From an uncultured archaeon (GTDB lineage Archaea; Asgardarchaeota; Lokiarchaeia; Sigyniarchaeales; SOKP01), in contig CAZWEM010000024.1 in assembly GCA_964632315.1 (NCBI GenBank), forward strand, positions 1 to 58,443: a stretch of DNA of 58,443 nucleotides, read 5' to 3'. Below are positions 1 to 9,317 of this stretch, one piece after another. The notes below the pieces were generated by a model, which did not search any database, had not been told where the DNA came from, and saw nothing but the letters and a program-made list of their open reading frames with translations. Position numbers and translations under genes: made by a program. Numbering within the stretch: position 1 is the first letter of the stretch; each line of letters starts with the position of its first letter.

Positions 1-117
1 CATCCAGAGAATCGGTAAATAGAACGCAAGGAATTTTAAGCTGATACTGCTAATTGCACTACTGGTGACGAAATCAATGGTATAATCGATTTTCTCTTGT
101 TCATTATCATCACTCAT
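1..117 (-). CDS. 5' end of a probable membrane protein running off the window (MSDDNEQEKIDYTIDF...)
   Basis: ATG at 117-115 overlaps the TGA of the upstream ORF (ATGA coupling); frame is open to the window edge. Confidence 0.6.
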   Translation of the reverse strand, partial: MSDDNEQEKIDYTIDFVTSSAISSISLKFLAFYLPILWM

Positions 118-992
118 TTATTATCTCCCTCCTTATGTGATTTATGATTTACCCATAAATCTTTAGCTTTTTTCAAATCATCTTCTGAAACATCTAAATA
201 TTTCTGAATCCTTTTCTTGAATATTCGCCTTAACGGAGTTCCAAAATAATAATCATCTCCTTTCAACTTGTTATACTTTGTGGCACCTGTCATGGGTAAA
301 ATTCCTGCATTGTTTCCAATTTCTACTCCTGGAGCAATGCAATTAAAGGCTGATGCTGCTACGTTATCTCCGATGTTAATTTTAAAATATGAAATATTTC
401 CAAATATTCCTTCTACTGCATGAGAGCTTATAGCACCATTTACCCCAAAATAACAGTTTTTACCCATTTTAACGAACCGATCTCCTCCAAATTGCTCTTC
501 TATAACAGAATTTTTTCCGATTGAATTGCATCCTACTAAATTATATAACCATCTGATTAACCAAGGAAATGGCCCTCGTAATATCGCGTTTTTAGGATAT
601 TTGATCATGAAAGATCGAATATGATAGAAATTTTGCGTCTTGCTTGGAATATTCCGGGGGATTATGCCTGATTTAGAGGGAGATCTTTTCTCAGTAATGC
701 TCCAGTGCCATTTTGTGATTAGTCCCATGAATAAAATGTGCAGTAAATAAGCAGCAACTATGACGATCGGTAACATAATTGAAGCAATTAACGAATCAAT
801 TCTGGTAAATAATGCCAAAAAATTATCAATTTTAAGGAAATATGGTAGATAGAATAACATGATATAACTCATCAATAAAATAATGGGAAGTATTAAAGAT
901 CCGATGTAAATAATAAAGAAAGATAGCATGTACCAATGATATTGGAGGTTAATTTCTTCTTTCACTGGTTCTTCAATATTGTCTTCGACCAT
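114..992 (-). CDS. membrane protein with C-terminal hexapeptide-repeat (LbH) acyltransferase-like domain
   Basis: two N-terminal hydrophobic helices; IGKNSVI, MGKNCYFG, IGDNVAA and IGNNAGI repeats. Confidence 0.65.
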   Translation of the reverse strand: MVEDNIEEPVKEEINLQYHWYMLSFFIIYIGSLILPIILLMSYIMLFYLPYFLKIDNFLALFTRIDSLIASIMLPIVIVAAYLLHILFMGLITKWHWSITEKRSPSKSGIIPRNIPSKTQNFYHIRSFMIKYPKNAILRGPFPWLIRWLYNLVGCNSIGKNSVIEEQFGGDRFVKMGKNCYFGVNGAISSHAVEGIFGNISYFKINIGDNVAASAFNCIAPGVEIGNNAGILPMTGATKYNKLKGDDYYFGTPLRRIFKKRIQKYLDVSEDDLKKAKDLWVNHKSHKEGDNK

Positions 993-1192
993 TTTTGTCT
1001 TCTCTTAAATCTATATTTAACAATCTATAGATCTATATTTAAAATTCTATAGGTAATGAATTATAAAGAAAAAAAACTTTAGTAGTTTATTTTTTTGTTA
1101 TTCATCTAAACTCTATAATAATCTTATCAGATTCAAGATTTTTATAAAAACATATAAAAATTCATCCTAAACTATTTTTATTAATTCAGATA

Positions 1193-2830
1193 ATGGAAAT
1201 AATAATGCCTATTTTTGATTTTGATCGAGATACTCAACGATTTTTTGAGAAGATTCAGTTTGATTCAACAAATTTTCAATGGAAAAATTGGTTAGAATTC
1301 TCTTCCACTGAAGAATATAAAGATTTCTTATTGAACAATTCAAGATTGAATTTTATTAACGATCTTTGGAAGAAACTTGAGGAGAGAGAAACTAATTCGG
1401 TTGATTTTTCTGTGAAACTCGAAGAATGTATCAATAATTATTCTACAAATTTTCCTCTATTTCTATGCCACAGTTCAGGCACTACGAATATAGATTTATC
1501 AGCATTGAAATGGTTTCACATGTCATCAGATGTAATAGATCGATATTGGGCTCCTGGAATGAATGCAATTTTTGGATCGAGTGGGTTAGATTCAAGAAAG
1601 TCTGCCATAATTTTTGTTCCTTCAAGATTAAAGATGGATGGGATACAAAATTTAAATGACAAGACATATTGTTGTCTTTATTCATCAGAATTTTCTCAAC
1701 GAATAATGTTATCTACAGTCAAGCCAGATTCATATCTCATAAATGAATATAAGAACTCAAAACATTTAGCAATTATTTCACAGATGTTATCAATGGAAAA
1801 TATTGCAGTGATTTCTGCTCCAGCAATAACAATCCTAGGTTGGGCTAATCGTGAAAAACTTAAAGCGGGCATTCAGAAGTCATTAGCAACTATTCAAAAT
1901 TTCCCTCAAACCCAAGCTCTAGAAGTTTTAGTGAAGATGGTTGAAAATGAAGGTTTGAATACGGCTACAAATAATATCCAAAAAAAATTGTCAGAAAGGC
2001 TTCAAAAAGCCACGATCATTTTCAGCATTAGCTCTCTTTCAAAATCAAATTGGGATTTAATAAGAAAGTTTATGAACTGGGAGGAGAGAAAAGAAAAATT
2101 TACTAATTTATATGTTGCGTCAGAAGTGGGGCCGATTGCGTCAAGTTTAGGAGATTTTGAAGTATCTCGATCGAATTTAATGTATATTTTTCCTCTATTT
2201 TTACCAATGCTAAAATATAGAAATAAAATTGAATTCATATCGCATTCTAGTTTTAAAACGGGAAAATTACTCATTTCGAAAACCGAGAAAGAAAAACCAC
2301 TTTTAAATATTAATATTGGAGACGTCATATCTGTTGAAAAACAAGACAATTTACCATTGATAAATGGAAAAATCTTAAGGAACAGTTTTAAATTAAAGTA
2401 TCCAATCAAGTTAAATGAGTCAATTAAAACACCTCAAAATTATTCACTATTTGCTGGTGATTTTTTTGAATGTAAAAATTTTGACTTAATTGAACCCCGT
2501 AACCTGATTCATTGTCTAAACGAGAAATTGAAGAGTAATATTGATTCAATAGTATTTTTAATCTCAAATAATGAAGAAAATTCACAAAAACAGTTGATAA
2601 TTCCAGCTGATTATGATAAATTTAAAGAACAGATTTTTTTTGAATGCATATCTTCCGATTCCCTTGTTAGAGAAATTAAGAGCAAGAATGTCAGTATAAC
2701 ATTAGATTCAGATAATTTAGTTCAATATTTAGAGGATCGAGAAATAATTTTGGAGAAAGTTCGAAAAGGAACTTTGCCCAAGGGTATCTTAAAAAAATGG
2801 CCTCTTTACGTGATAATACCTCAGAAGTAA
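1193..2830 (+). CDS. GH3-like / ANL-superfamily adenylating enzyme
   Basis: SSGTT, YVASEVG and INIGDV match the three GH3/ANL nucleotide-binding motifs. Confidence 0.55.
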   Translation: MEIIMPIFDFDRDTQRFFEKIQFDSTNFQWKNWLEFSSTEEYKDFLLNNSRLNFINDLWKKLEERETNSVDFSVKLEECINNYSTNFPLFLCHSSGTTNIDLSALKWFHMSSDVIDRYWAPGMNAIFGSSGLDSRKSAIIFVPSRLKMDGIQNLNDKTYCCLYSSEFSQRIMLSTVKPDSYLINEYKNSKHLAIISQMLSMENIAVISAPAITILGWANREKLKAGIQKSLATIQNFPQTQALEVLVKMVENEGLNTATNNIQKKLSERLQKATIIFSISSLSKSNWDLIRKFMNWEERKEKFTNLYVASEVGPIASSLGDFEVSRSNLMYIFPLFLPMLKYRNKIEFISHSSFKTGKLLISKTEKEKPLLNINIGDVISVEKQDNLPLINGKILRNSFKLKYPIKLNESIKTPQNYSLFAGDFFECKNFDLIEPRNLIHCLNEKLKSNIDSIVFLISNNEENSQKQLIIPADYDKFKEQIFFECISSDSLVREIKSKNVSITLDSDNLVQYLEDREIILEKVRKGTLPKGILKKWPLYVIIPQK

Positions 2831-2854
2831 ATTAAAAAAAATAAAAAAGAAGGA

Positions 2855-3256
2855 TTAAGGAAATAGAGCTAATATTATTGCTGCAATTATGAAACCAACT
2901 AAGTAAAAACCGTACTCAAGAAAGAATAATTTCACTCCTCTGTCATTAAAGTTATTCTGATTGATTGCAATAGTTGCGACAAATCCTATCCAAATAAAAA
3001 TGCTTAAAAGTAAAGCGGAAGCTATATCATTCATCCCTGTTAGATCCATCATCAATTCTATGAACAATACCGTGACAAAACTAGTGGGGATCATTATGAT
3101 TGTATCTCGAATGATTTTCGACTTTGGTTCACTTTCTTTACCAACTAATCTAAGCCATAAATTTCCGAAAGCAAAAGGAAAATACCAGAGAAAATGAATA
3201 ATAAAATACACTATTGCAGCTATACTTACAGCTAACCAGTTAATCATTATTGCCAT
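2855..3256 (-). CDS. DUF1761-like membrane protein
   Basis: INWLAV...LWY.P..FG..W pattern; four hydrophobic helices. Confidence 0.7.
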   Translation of the reverse strand: MAIMINWLAVSIAAIVYFIIHFLWYFPFAFGNLWLRLVGKESEPKSKIIRDTIIMIPTSFVTVLFIELMMDLTGMNDIASALLLSIFIWIGFVATIAINQNNFNDRGVKLFFLEYGFYLVGFIIAAIILALFP

Positions 3257-3351
3257 TTTTTATATTACCTTATATTTATTGATTAATAGGATTTTATGCC
3301 ATATTTATTGATTATTCGTTTAAAATATAAATTTTGAAGTTTTTTGAACAC

Positions 3352-4242
3352 CTATTTAAGCAATTCGTAATGATTAATTAATCTTATTGCTTCTAATGCA
3401 CTTTTTTCTTTATCTTTTATTTCAAGCATGATATCAAAATCAAAATTTTCGGTTTTTTTTAAAAAAACTTTAAAATGTGAGATATCGATATTATCAGCGT
3501 GCCTTGGCTTTCCTTTTATCGGATGCTCTGAGCTGTAATGGATAATCGGAGGTCCATCATCAGGTGACCAAGTTTTTATAAAAAGATTAAACGCTTCTTC
3601 AAGAGATTCCCCTGAATTCAAGCATTCGTGATGATATACATCAAAAACAACTGGAATCCCTGTTTTTTCATTGATGAATAAGCAATCGGCTAGTTTGTAG
3701 CTTTTTTCATCATTTTCTATAATTAATCGATCCTTAATCCGATCTGATAAATTATTATATCTCTCGATAAATCGTTGCCTACTTCGTAATTTATCCCCAT
3801 AGACGCCTCCAACATGAATCTGCACTTTAGCCGTTTCATTGAGAGCTATGAGATCAAGAACATCGACGTGATATTCTAGTTCTTTGATACTATTTTCAAA
3901 AACTTTTTCATTCGGAGAGTTTAACACAGTATATTGTCCGGGGTGCATACTTATCCTCATTTTATTTTCTTTTATAAAATTGCCAATCTCAATTAACTTT
4001 TCCTTGAAATACCCTTGCCAATCAAATTCCATGATAGGATGACTCGCAAATGGAACCAAATCAGATGTAACTCTAAAGAAATATATTTTATTCTGTTTAT
4101 TGTACTCGAGAATTTGCTTGAGGCATAGCAAATTACCTTCTACGGTTTGAATTAATTTTTCTTCCGAATAATTCTTTAAGCGAAAAGTCCTGCTACTCCT
4201 ACAAGTAAGGCTCAAATTAATACAGGGATATCCTATTTTCAT
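3352..4242 (-). CDS. uvsE: UV DNA damage repair endonuclease
   Basis: MKIGYPCIN, FFRVTSDLVP, SMHPGQY, IIENDEK, FDVYHH, DIMLEIKDKE. Confidence 0.93.
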   Translation of the reverse strand: MKIGYPCINLSLTCRSSRTFRLKNYSEEKLIQTVEGNLLCLKQILEYNKQNKIYFFRVTSDLVPFASHPIMEFDWQGYFKEKLIEIGNFIKENKMRISMHPGQYTVLNSPNEKVFENSIKELEYHVDVLDLIALNETAKVQIHVGGVYGDKLRSRQRFIERYNNLSDRIKDRLIIENDEKSYKLADCLFINEKTGIPVVFDVYHHECLNSGESLEEAFNLFIKTWSPDDGPPIIHYSSEHPIKGKPRHADNIDISHFKVFLKKTENFDFDIMLEIKDKEKSALEAIRLINHYELLK

Positions 4243-4306
4243 TTATCTTGCATCTAGTTTCAAATTTAGTATTTTTACTTAGAAAATAAAAAAGAGAAGA
4301 TTATCT

Positions 4307-5149
4307 TTATTCTTTCTTGGGAAGCCAAGGAAAAAATTTAGGAGTTCTTCGTTTATAAGCCGTATATTCATTGTTTCCTTCAAACCGTTTATCAAGTAGC
4401 CTCACTCCCGATACCTTGATGATCATAAAAGTAATATATGCTGGTCCGAAAAATGTGATAAATCCAAATGGAACTCCTATCGCAATTGCATACAAGCCCC
4501 ACCATTGTGTCACTTCTCCAAAGTAGTTTGGATGTTGGGTGTATTTCCACACTCCCTTGTCCATCACCCTTCCTTTATTTTCGGGATTTTGAAGAAAATG
4601 ATATAATGACCAATCCCCTATCGTTTCAAAAAGAAAACCGACTACCCAAATGAAAGTACCTAATAACAGAAGTATAATGTAAAAATATTCAGCACCAGTT
4701 GCGAATGACCCTTCAACAACCGAGGGAGGTTCGCTAATAATTACAAACCATGAGGGAATATCAACAATAAATATCACCAGTCCTTGAAAAAGATATATTC
4801 TTAATAGACTTTTTAGAACTATATTGGTTTTCCATCTCTCGCGCATTGCCACATATCTATAATCTTCTGGTTTTCCATGATTACGGATGTAGACATAACT
4901 AGCTAACCTTATTGCCCAGATTAAAACTAAAATAGTTACTACTATTTTTTGTAAGGAGGTGGTTCCAGTTAGTATTAAATTAGTAATCAAAGCTGTAAAA
5001 GATACGACGAAATATCCTGGTCCATAAAAAATATCCATGACTCCGTTATTTTTTTTAATTGTGCCCACGATAAATGCTATTATTAAGTAAATTATGAGAC
5101 TTAAAGCAGCAGTACCGATAGTTAGAAGCATTATTTCAATATTTACCAT
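4307..5149 (-). CDS. DUF1295 / steroid 5-alpha-reductase-like membrane protein
   Basis: EDYRY, W.YTQHPNYFGE..QWWG, Y.AYKRRT..FFPW. Confidence 0.85.
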   Translation of the reverse strand: MVNIEIMLLTIGTAALSLIIYLIIAFIVGTIKKNNGVMDIFYGPGYFVVSFTALITNLILTGTTSLQKIVVTILVLIWAIRLASYVYIRNHGKPEDYRYVAMRERWKTNIVLKSLLRIYLFQGLVIFIVDIPSWFVIISEPPSVVEGSFATGAEYFYIILLLLGTFIWVVGFLFETIGDWSLYHFLQNPENKGRVMDKGVWKYTQHPNYFGEVTQWWGLYAIAIGVPFGFITFFGPAYITFMIIKVSGVRLLDKRFEGNNEYTAYKRRTPKFFPWLPKKE

Positions 5150-5557
5150 TTTTTACGCACTTATTATTTATTAATTGAATTATGAGTTTAAGAGGGTAAG
5201 TATAGATTTAAAATTAAAGTTTATAAATTGTTAATTCAAGATGAATTAAAAATTTGCACTCAGTTTGTTCTTTAAAAGCATCTAACATTATCTTACTTGG
5301 CTTTCGACATAATTTCGACATATATAGCTTTGAAATGTTATAAATTGAAAGAATTAAAAATTAAAATCAAGAATTCTTTATCTTTAATGGATCTAATCGA
5401 AATAAGGCATCCAAGAGTGTTGGAAATTAATCAATATGGTAATAAAAGTGAAGGATAAATTTATATTACAAGTAATAATTAAATATAAGGTAGGTTAAGG
5501 CTAATTAAAATAATACTATCAAAATAAATTTATTAAACCGTAAATAACCCATCATTT

Positions 5558-7813
5558 GTGAAAAAAATGACAGATAACTCTTTTTCATTAGCAGATCTTT
5601 ATCCCAAATTCGTTATCAACTCGAAGGGAGAAAAGAAAAAATTTGATGAAATGAACATCGCGAAGATTCTCAACAAGGAAACGGGATTGGACATGAATGT
5701 GGCCGTGGAAGTCTCAGAAGATGTCATTAGAACGATCATTGGTCTCGGCATGGATGAAATTACCACTAATTACATTCGAGAACTTGTCTGTGTTGAACTT
5801 ACTCAAAGGGGCCTAAACAAGTATCGAAACCTATTTGCACGAGCTATTAATTTAGAAAACATATCTTTCAAGCTAAATGAGGACTTTTTAGAAAAATATA
5901 AGGAAAGTAGGCCTTCATGGGGGCCCTTAGGTTATATCACCTATAAAAGAACTTATGCTCGAATCATAGAAGGAGAGAACCGCAAAGAGGAGTTTTGGGA
6001 AACCATACGACGTGTTGTAGAAGGATGTTATTCCGTCCAGAAAGAACATTGTATCAAATTGAGTCTTCCTTGGAGTGACAAAAAAGCTCAGAAATCTGCT
6101 CAAATCATGTTTGAAAAAATTTGGAACTTCAAATTTCTCCCTCCAGGAAGAGGTTTATGGATGATGGGAACGGAATTTGTTGCCAAGAATGGATCAATGT
6201 CATTAAATAATTGTGGATTTGCTTCAACAAATGATATTGATCTAAAATATTCAAAGGCATTTTGTTTCGTTATGGATGCCTTAATGCTTGGCGTGGGAGT
6301 TGGATTTGATACAAAAGGAGCAGGAAAGATTAAAGTTCAAAATCCAACAGCTGGTACGTTTGATTTTGAAATTCCTGATTCGAGAGAAGGGTGGGTAGAT
6401 GCCCTCCGATTGATGTTGGAAGCATTTTTCTTAGGAAAACAAGTACCTACTTATGATTTCTCTAAAATACGGCCAGCTGGTCAACCCATACGTGGATTCG
6501 GAGGCATTGCATCTGGACCCGGACCTCTAAAGGAGATGTTGATCGACATTCAAAAAATTTTAAGAGCTCGTATTGGAAGAGAACTGACTTCGGTTGATAT
6601 CGTAGATATCATGAACTTGATTGGTCGATGCGTAGTGGCGGGGAACGTTCGAAGATCAGCTGAAATAGCATTAGGAGATCCGACAGATTATGAATTCGTG
6701 ATATGCAAGCAAGATCAAGAAAAGTTATACTCACACCGCTGGGCAAGTAATAATTCCGTGTTTGCAGTTAAAGGTTTGGATTATTCTTTTATTGCAAAAC
6801 AAATAGCAGTGAATGGGGAACCAGGAGTTTTTTGGTTGGAAAATGCCCAAGCTTATTCGAGGATGGGAGATAAACCCGATTATAAGGATAAAAAAGTTGC
6901 AGGAGTTAACCCATGCGGAGAACAAAGTCTGGAATCATTCGAACTTTGTTGCCTCGTCGAGACATTTCCCTCGCGACACGAGTCTTATGAAGAGTATCAA
7001 GAAACTTTAAAGTATGCTTATTTGTATGCAAAAAGTGTTACTTTGGTAAATACTCATTGGAAAGAAACAAATGCTGTCATGCTGAAGAACAGAAGAATGG
7101 GCATATCACAAACTGGAATAATAGAAGCATTTGTCAAACAAGGTAGAAGGAACATATTAGAATGGTGTGATAAAGCATATAATTACCTGCAAGGTTTAGA
7201 CGAGGAATATTCAAACTGGTTATGCATTCCTCGAAGTATTAAATTAACTACGGTTAAACCCTCTGGATCGGTTAGCTTGCTTCCTGGAGTTACTCCTGGG
7301 ATTCACTATCCACACAGTCAATACTACATCCGAAGAATTCGATTATCAAAAAACTCGGATCTCATCGAACCAATTAAGAAAGCGGGGTATCACGTGGAAG
7401 AGGATGCTTATAGTCCAAATACCGTCGTAGCTGAATTTCCAGTACATGAAAAATATTTCGATCGCTCCAAGAATGATGTGTCGATATGGGAACAAGCTCA
7501 GAATGCCGCGGATTATCAAAAGTATTGGAGCGATAATCAAGTATCTATCACCATTACCTTTAATCCTCAAGAAGCGGATCAAATTCAACACGTCCTTGAA
7601 TGTTACGAGGATAAATTAAAAAGCGCAAGTTTCTTGCCTAATAAGGACCATGGATACAAACAAGCTCCTTATGAGCAAATTACCAAGGAACAATATGAAA
7701 AGATGATGGAAGGGATCCAACCTCTATTTTTAGGTGAAACAAAGGATCGAGCAATAGGTGAGCGATATTGCGATTCAGATAAATGTGCTGTAGAATTCTC
7801 GAATGAACTTTAA
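5558..7813 (+). CDS. nrdJ: adenosylcobalamin-dependent (class II) ribonucleotide reductase with N-terminal ATP-cone
   Basis: TYKRTYAR, PPGRGLW, LNNCGF, GNVRRSAEI, NPCGEQ, TVKPSGS, C-terminal CDSDKC; ATP-cone-like first ~95 aa. Confidence 0.92.
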   Translation: MKKMTDNSFSLADLYPKFVINSKGEKKKFDEMNIAKILNKETGLDMNVAVEVSEDVIRTIIGLGMDEITTNYIRELVCVELTQRGLNKYRNLFARAINLENISFKLNEDFLEKYKESRPSWGPLGYITYKRTYARIIEGENRKEEFWETIRRVVEGCYSVQKEHCIKLSLPWSDKKAQKSAQIMFEKIWNFKFLPPGRGLWMMGTEFVAKNGSMSLNNCGFASTNDIDLKYSKAFCFVMDALMLGVGVGFDTKGAGKIKVQNPTAGTFDFEIPDSREGWVDALRLMLEAFFLGKQVPTYDFSKIRPAGQPIRGFGGIASGPGPLKEMLIDIQKILRARIGRELTSVDIVDIMNLIGRCVVAGNVRRSAEIALGDPTDYEFVICKQDQEKLYSHRWASNNSVFAVKGLDYSFIAKQIAVNGEPGVFWLENAQAYSRMGDKPDYKDKKVAGVNPCGEQSLESFELCCLVETFPSRHESYEEYQETLKYAYLYAKSVTLVNTHWKETNAVMLKNRRMGISQTGIIEAFVKQGRRNILEWCDKAYNYLQGLDEEYSNWLCIPRSIKLTTVKPSGSVSLLPGVTPGIHYPHSQYYIRRIRLSKNSDLIEPIKKAGYHVEEDAYSPNTVVAEFPVHEKYFDRSKNDVSIWEQAQNAADYQKYWSDNQVSITITFNPQEADQIQHVLECYEDKLKSASFLPNKDHGYKQAPYEQITKEQYEKMMEGIQPLFLGETKDRAIGERYCDSDKCAVEFSNEL

Positions 7814-7904
7814 TAAACCCTAATCTTTTTTGAAAATTAAAATATATCTCCAGCTCTTAAATCTGGATAAAAATTCAATTTTGATGTATTCAGGAAATCT
7901 ACTC

Positions 7905-8594
7905 TTAATGAGCTTGAATTAAGGTATCCAACATTACCTTTAATTTCTGCCAGTCTGACTCTGCTAAGGATGCTTCAGCAATATATAAAGTCCTGGTAAA
8001 GACAGTGTCTGACATGCTTCTTCTCATTCCCATTAAAACTCCTACTCGCTCAGCGGGGTTCGTCGCTCTTAATAAATATGGAATAAAGTATTCTCGTAGC
8101 TCTGGAGTTGGCTTTTGTGACATGTTACTTAATATTTCCATGAGTGCCTCGTCATCCAACATCCCCCAGAGGATGGGATTTGCTCCCAATTCTTCATCCT
8201 GCATGTGAGAAAAGTATTCTGAGACAAACGTATTATAGCGTTTTGTGAACTTAGTCATCTCCTGTTGTTTCTCTGCAGCCTCCGAATCCGCTTCTAAAAA
8301 TTCCTTAAAAGCTTCTTTGAAAAAGTCCGCATCTTTCTCGAATTTTTCGTGAGCTTGTTTTAATTTCTGGTGAAATGCCTTATCTTTTTTTAACAAATGA
8401 GGAAATATGAATTCTTCCTCTCCTTGAGCATGAACGTGTAATATATCCCAAAGATATCCCAACTTTTCTTCTAAAGCCGTTAATGCTGAAGAATTCTTTA
8501 CATCTGATTTTCCTAAATCATACATGAGTTCGGTCATTAAAGAACGTATCCCTTTGTGAAGAGATCCGTATACATCAAATCTTGGTTGAACCAT
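7905..8594 (-). CDS. hemerythrin-like (HHE) domain protein
   Basis: HKGIR, HxxxEE.xIFP, H..FE and HMQDEE helical ligand pattern. Confidence 0.75.
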   Translation of the reverse strand: MVQPRFDVYGSLHKGIRSLMTELMYDLGKSDVKNSSALTALEEKLGYLWDILHVHAQGEEEFIFPHLLKKDKAFHQKLKQAHEKFEKDADFFKEAFKEFLEADSEAAEKQQEMTKFTKRYNTFVSEYFSHMQDEELGANPILWGMLDDEALMEILSNMSQKPTPELREYFIPYLLRATNPAERVGVLMGMRRSMSDTVFTRTLYIAEASLAESDWQKLKVMLDTLIQAH

Positions 8595-8655
8595 TTTTCA
8601 AAAATCACATAATTGTAAGTTTGTATCATGTATTATTCCCATTATTTATATAAAG

Positions 8656-9219
8656 ATGACTTTTAATTTTAATAACCAGACACTTAATTTACATTCAGAA
8701 TTTATCATAGTTCGAAAAGTCGAAGTCGTTCCACATGATCCAGAGTGGAAAAAAATGTATGAGAGTGAATCTATATTTCTAAAATCGATTTTTAAAAATG
8801 AAATAATTACCATTCACCATATTGGGAGCACGGTTATTCCGAATATTAGTGCTAAACCTATTATTGATATTATAATTGAAGTCAAAGATATAAATAAAGT
8901 CGATAAATATAATAAAAAAATGATTGAACAAGGATATATTCCTAAAGGGGAAGCCGGTATTCCTAAACGAAGGTTTTTTATAAAAGGAAGTGAAAAATTT
9001 AGAATTTTTCATGTTCATGTGTTCCAAGATGGAGATGCTGAAATAATCCGCCTTTTAAAATTTAGAGATTATATGGTTACTCATCCAAAAGAGGCCCAAG
9101 CATATAGTCAACTTAAAGAAAATCTTGCACAAGAATACCCCGAAAATATTGAAGGATATATTGAGGGAAAAGATGCTTTTATAAAAAATATAGATAAAAA
9201 GGCAAGAATTTGGAAATAA
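8656..9219 (+). CDS. GrpB family nucleotidyltransferase-fold protein
   Basis: HHIGSTV, AKPIIDI, HVHV, FRDY...HP, Y..GK..FI; true start may be slightly downstream. Confidence 0.9.
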   Translation: MTFNFNNQTLNLHSEFIIVRKVEVVPHDPEWKKMYESESIFLKSIFKNEIITIHHIGSTVIPNISAKPIIDIIIEVKDINKVDKYNKKMIEQGYIPKGEAGIPKRRFFIKGSEKFRIFHVHVFQDGDAEIIRLLKFRDYMVTHPKEAQAYSQLKENLAQEYPENIEGYIEGKDAFIKNIDKKARIWK

Positions 9220-9317
9220 CAATGACTTACTAAGAAAATTAGGTACAATATTAATTTATGATTGTTCTCTATCAAACTTTATACGTGAATCTATATTAAA
9301 TTCTTTTAATAATCATT

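Noticed and set aside
5150-5557. Cobalamin riboswitch upstream of nrdJ
   Set aside because: AT-rich region with no recognisable B12-box or conserved stems
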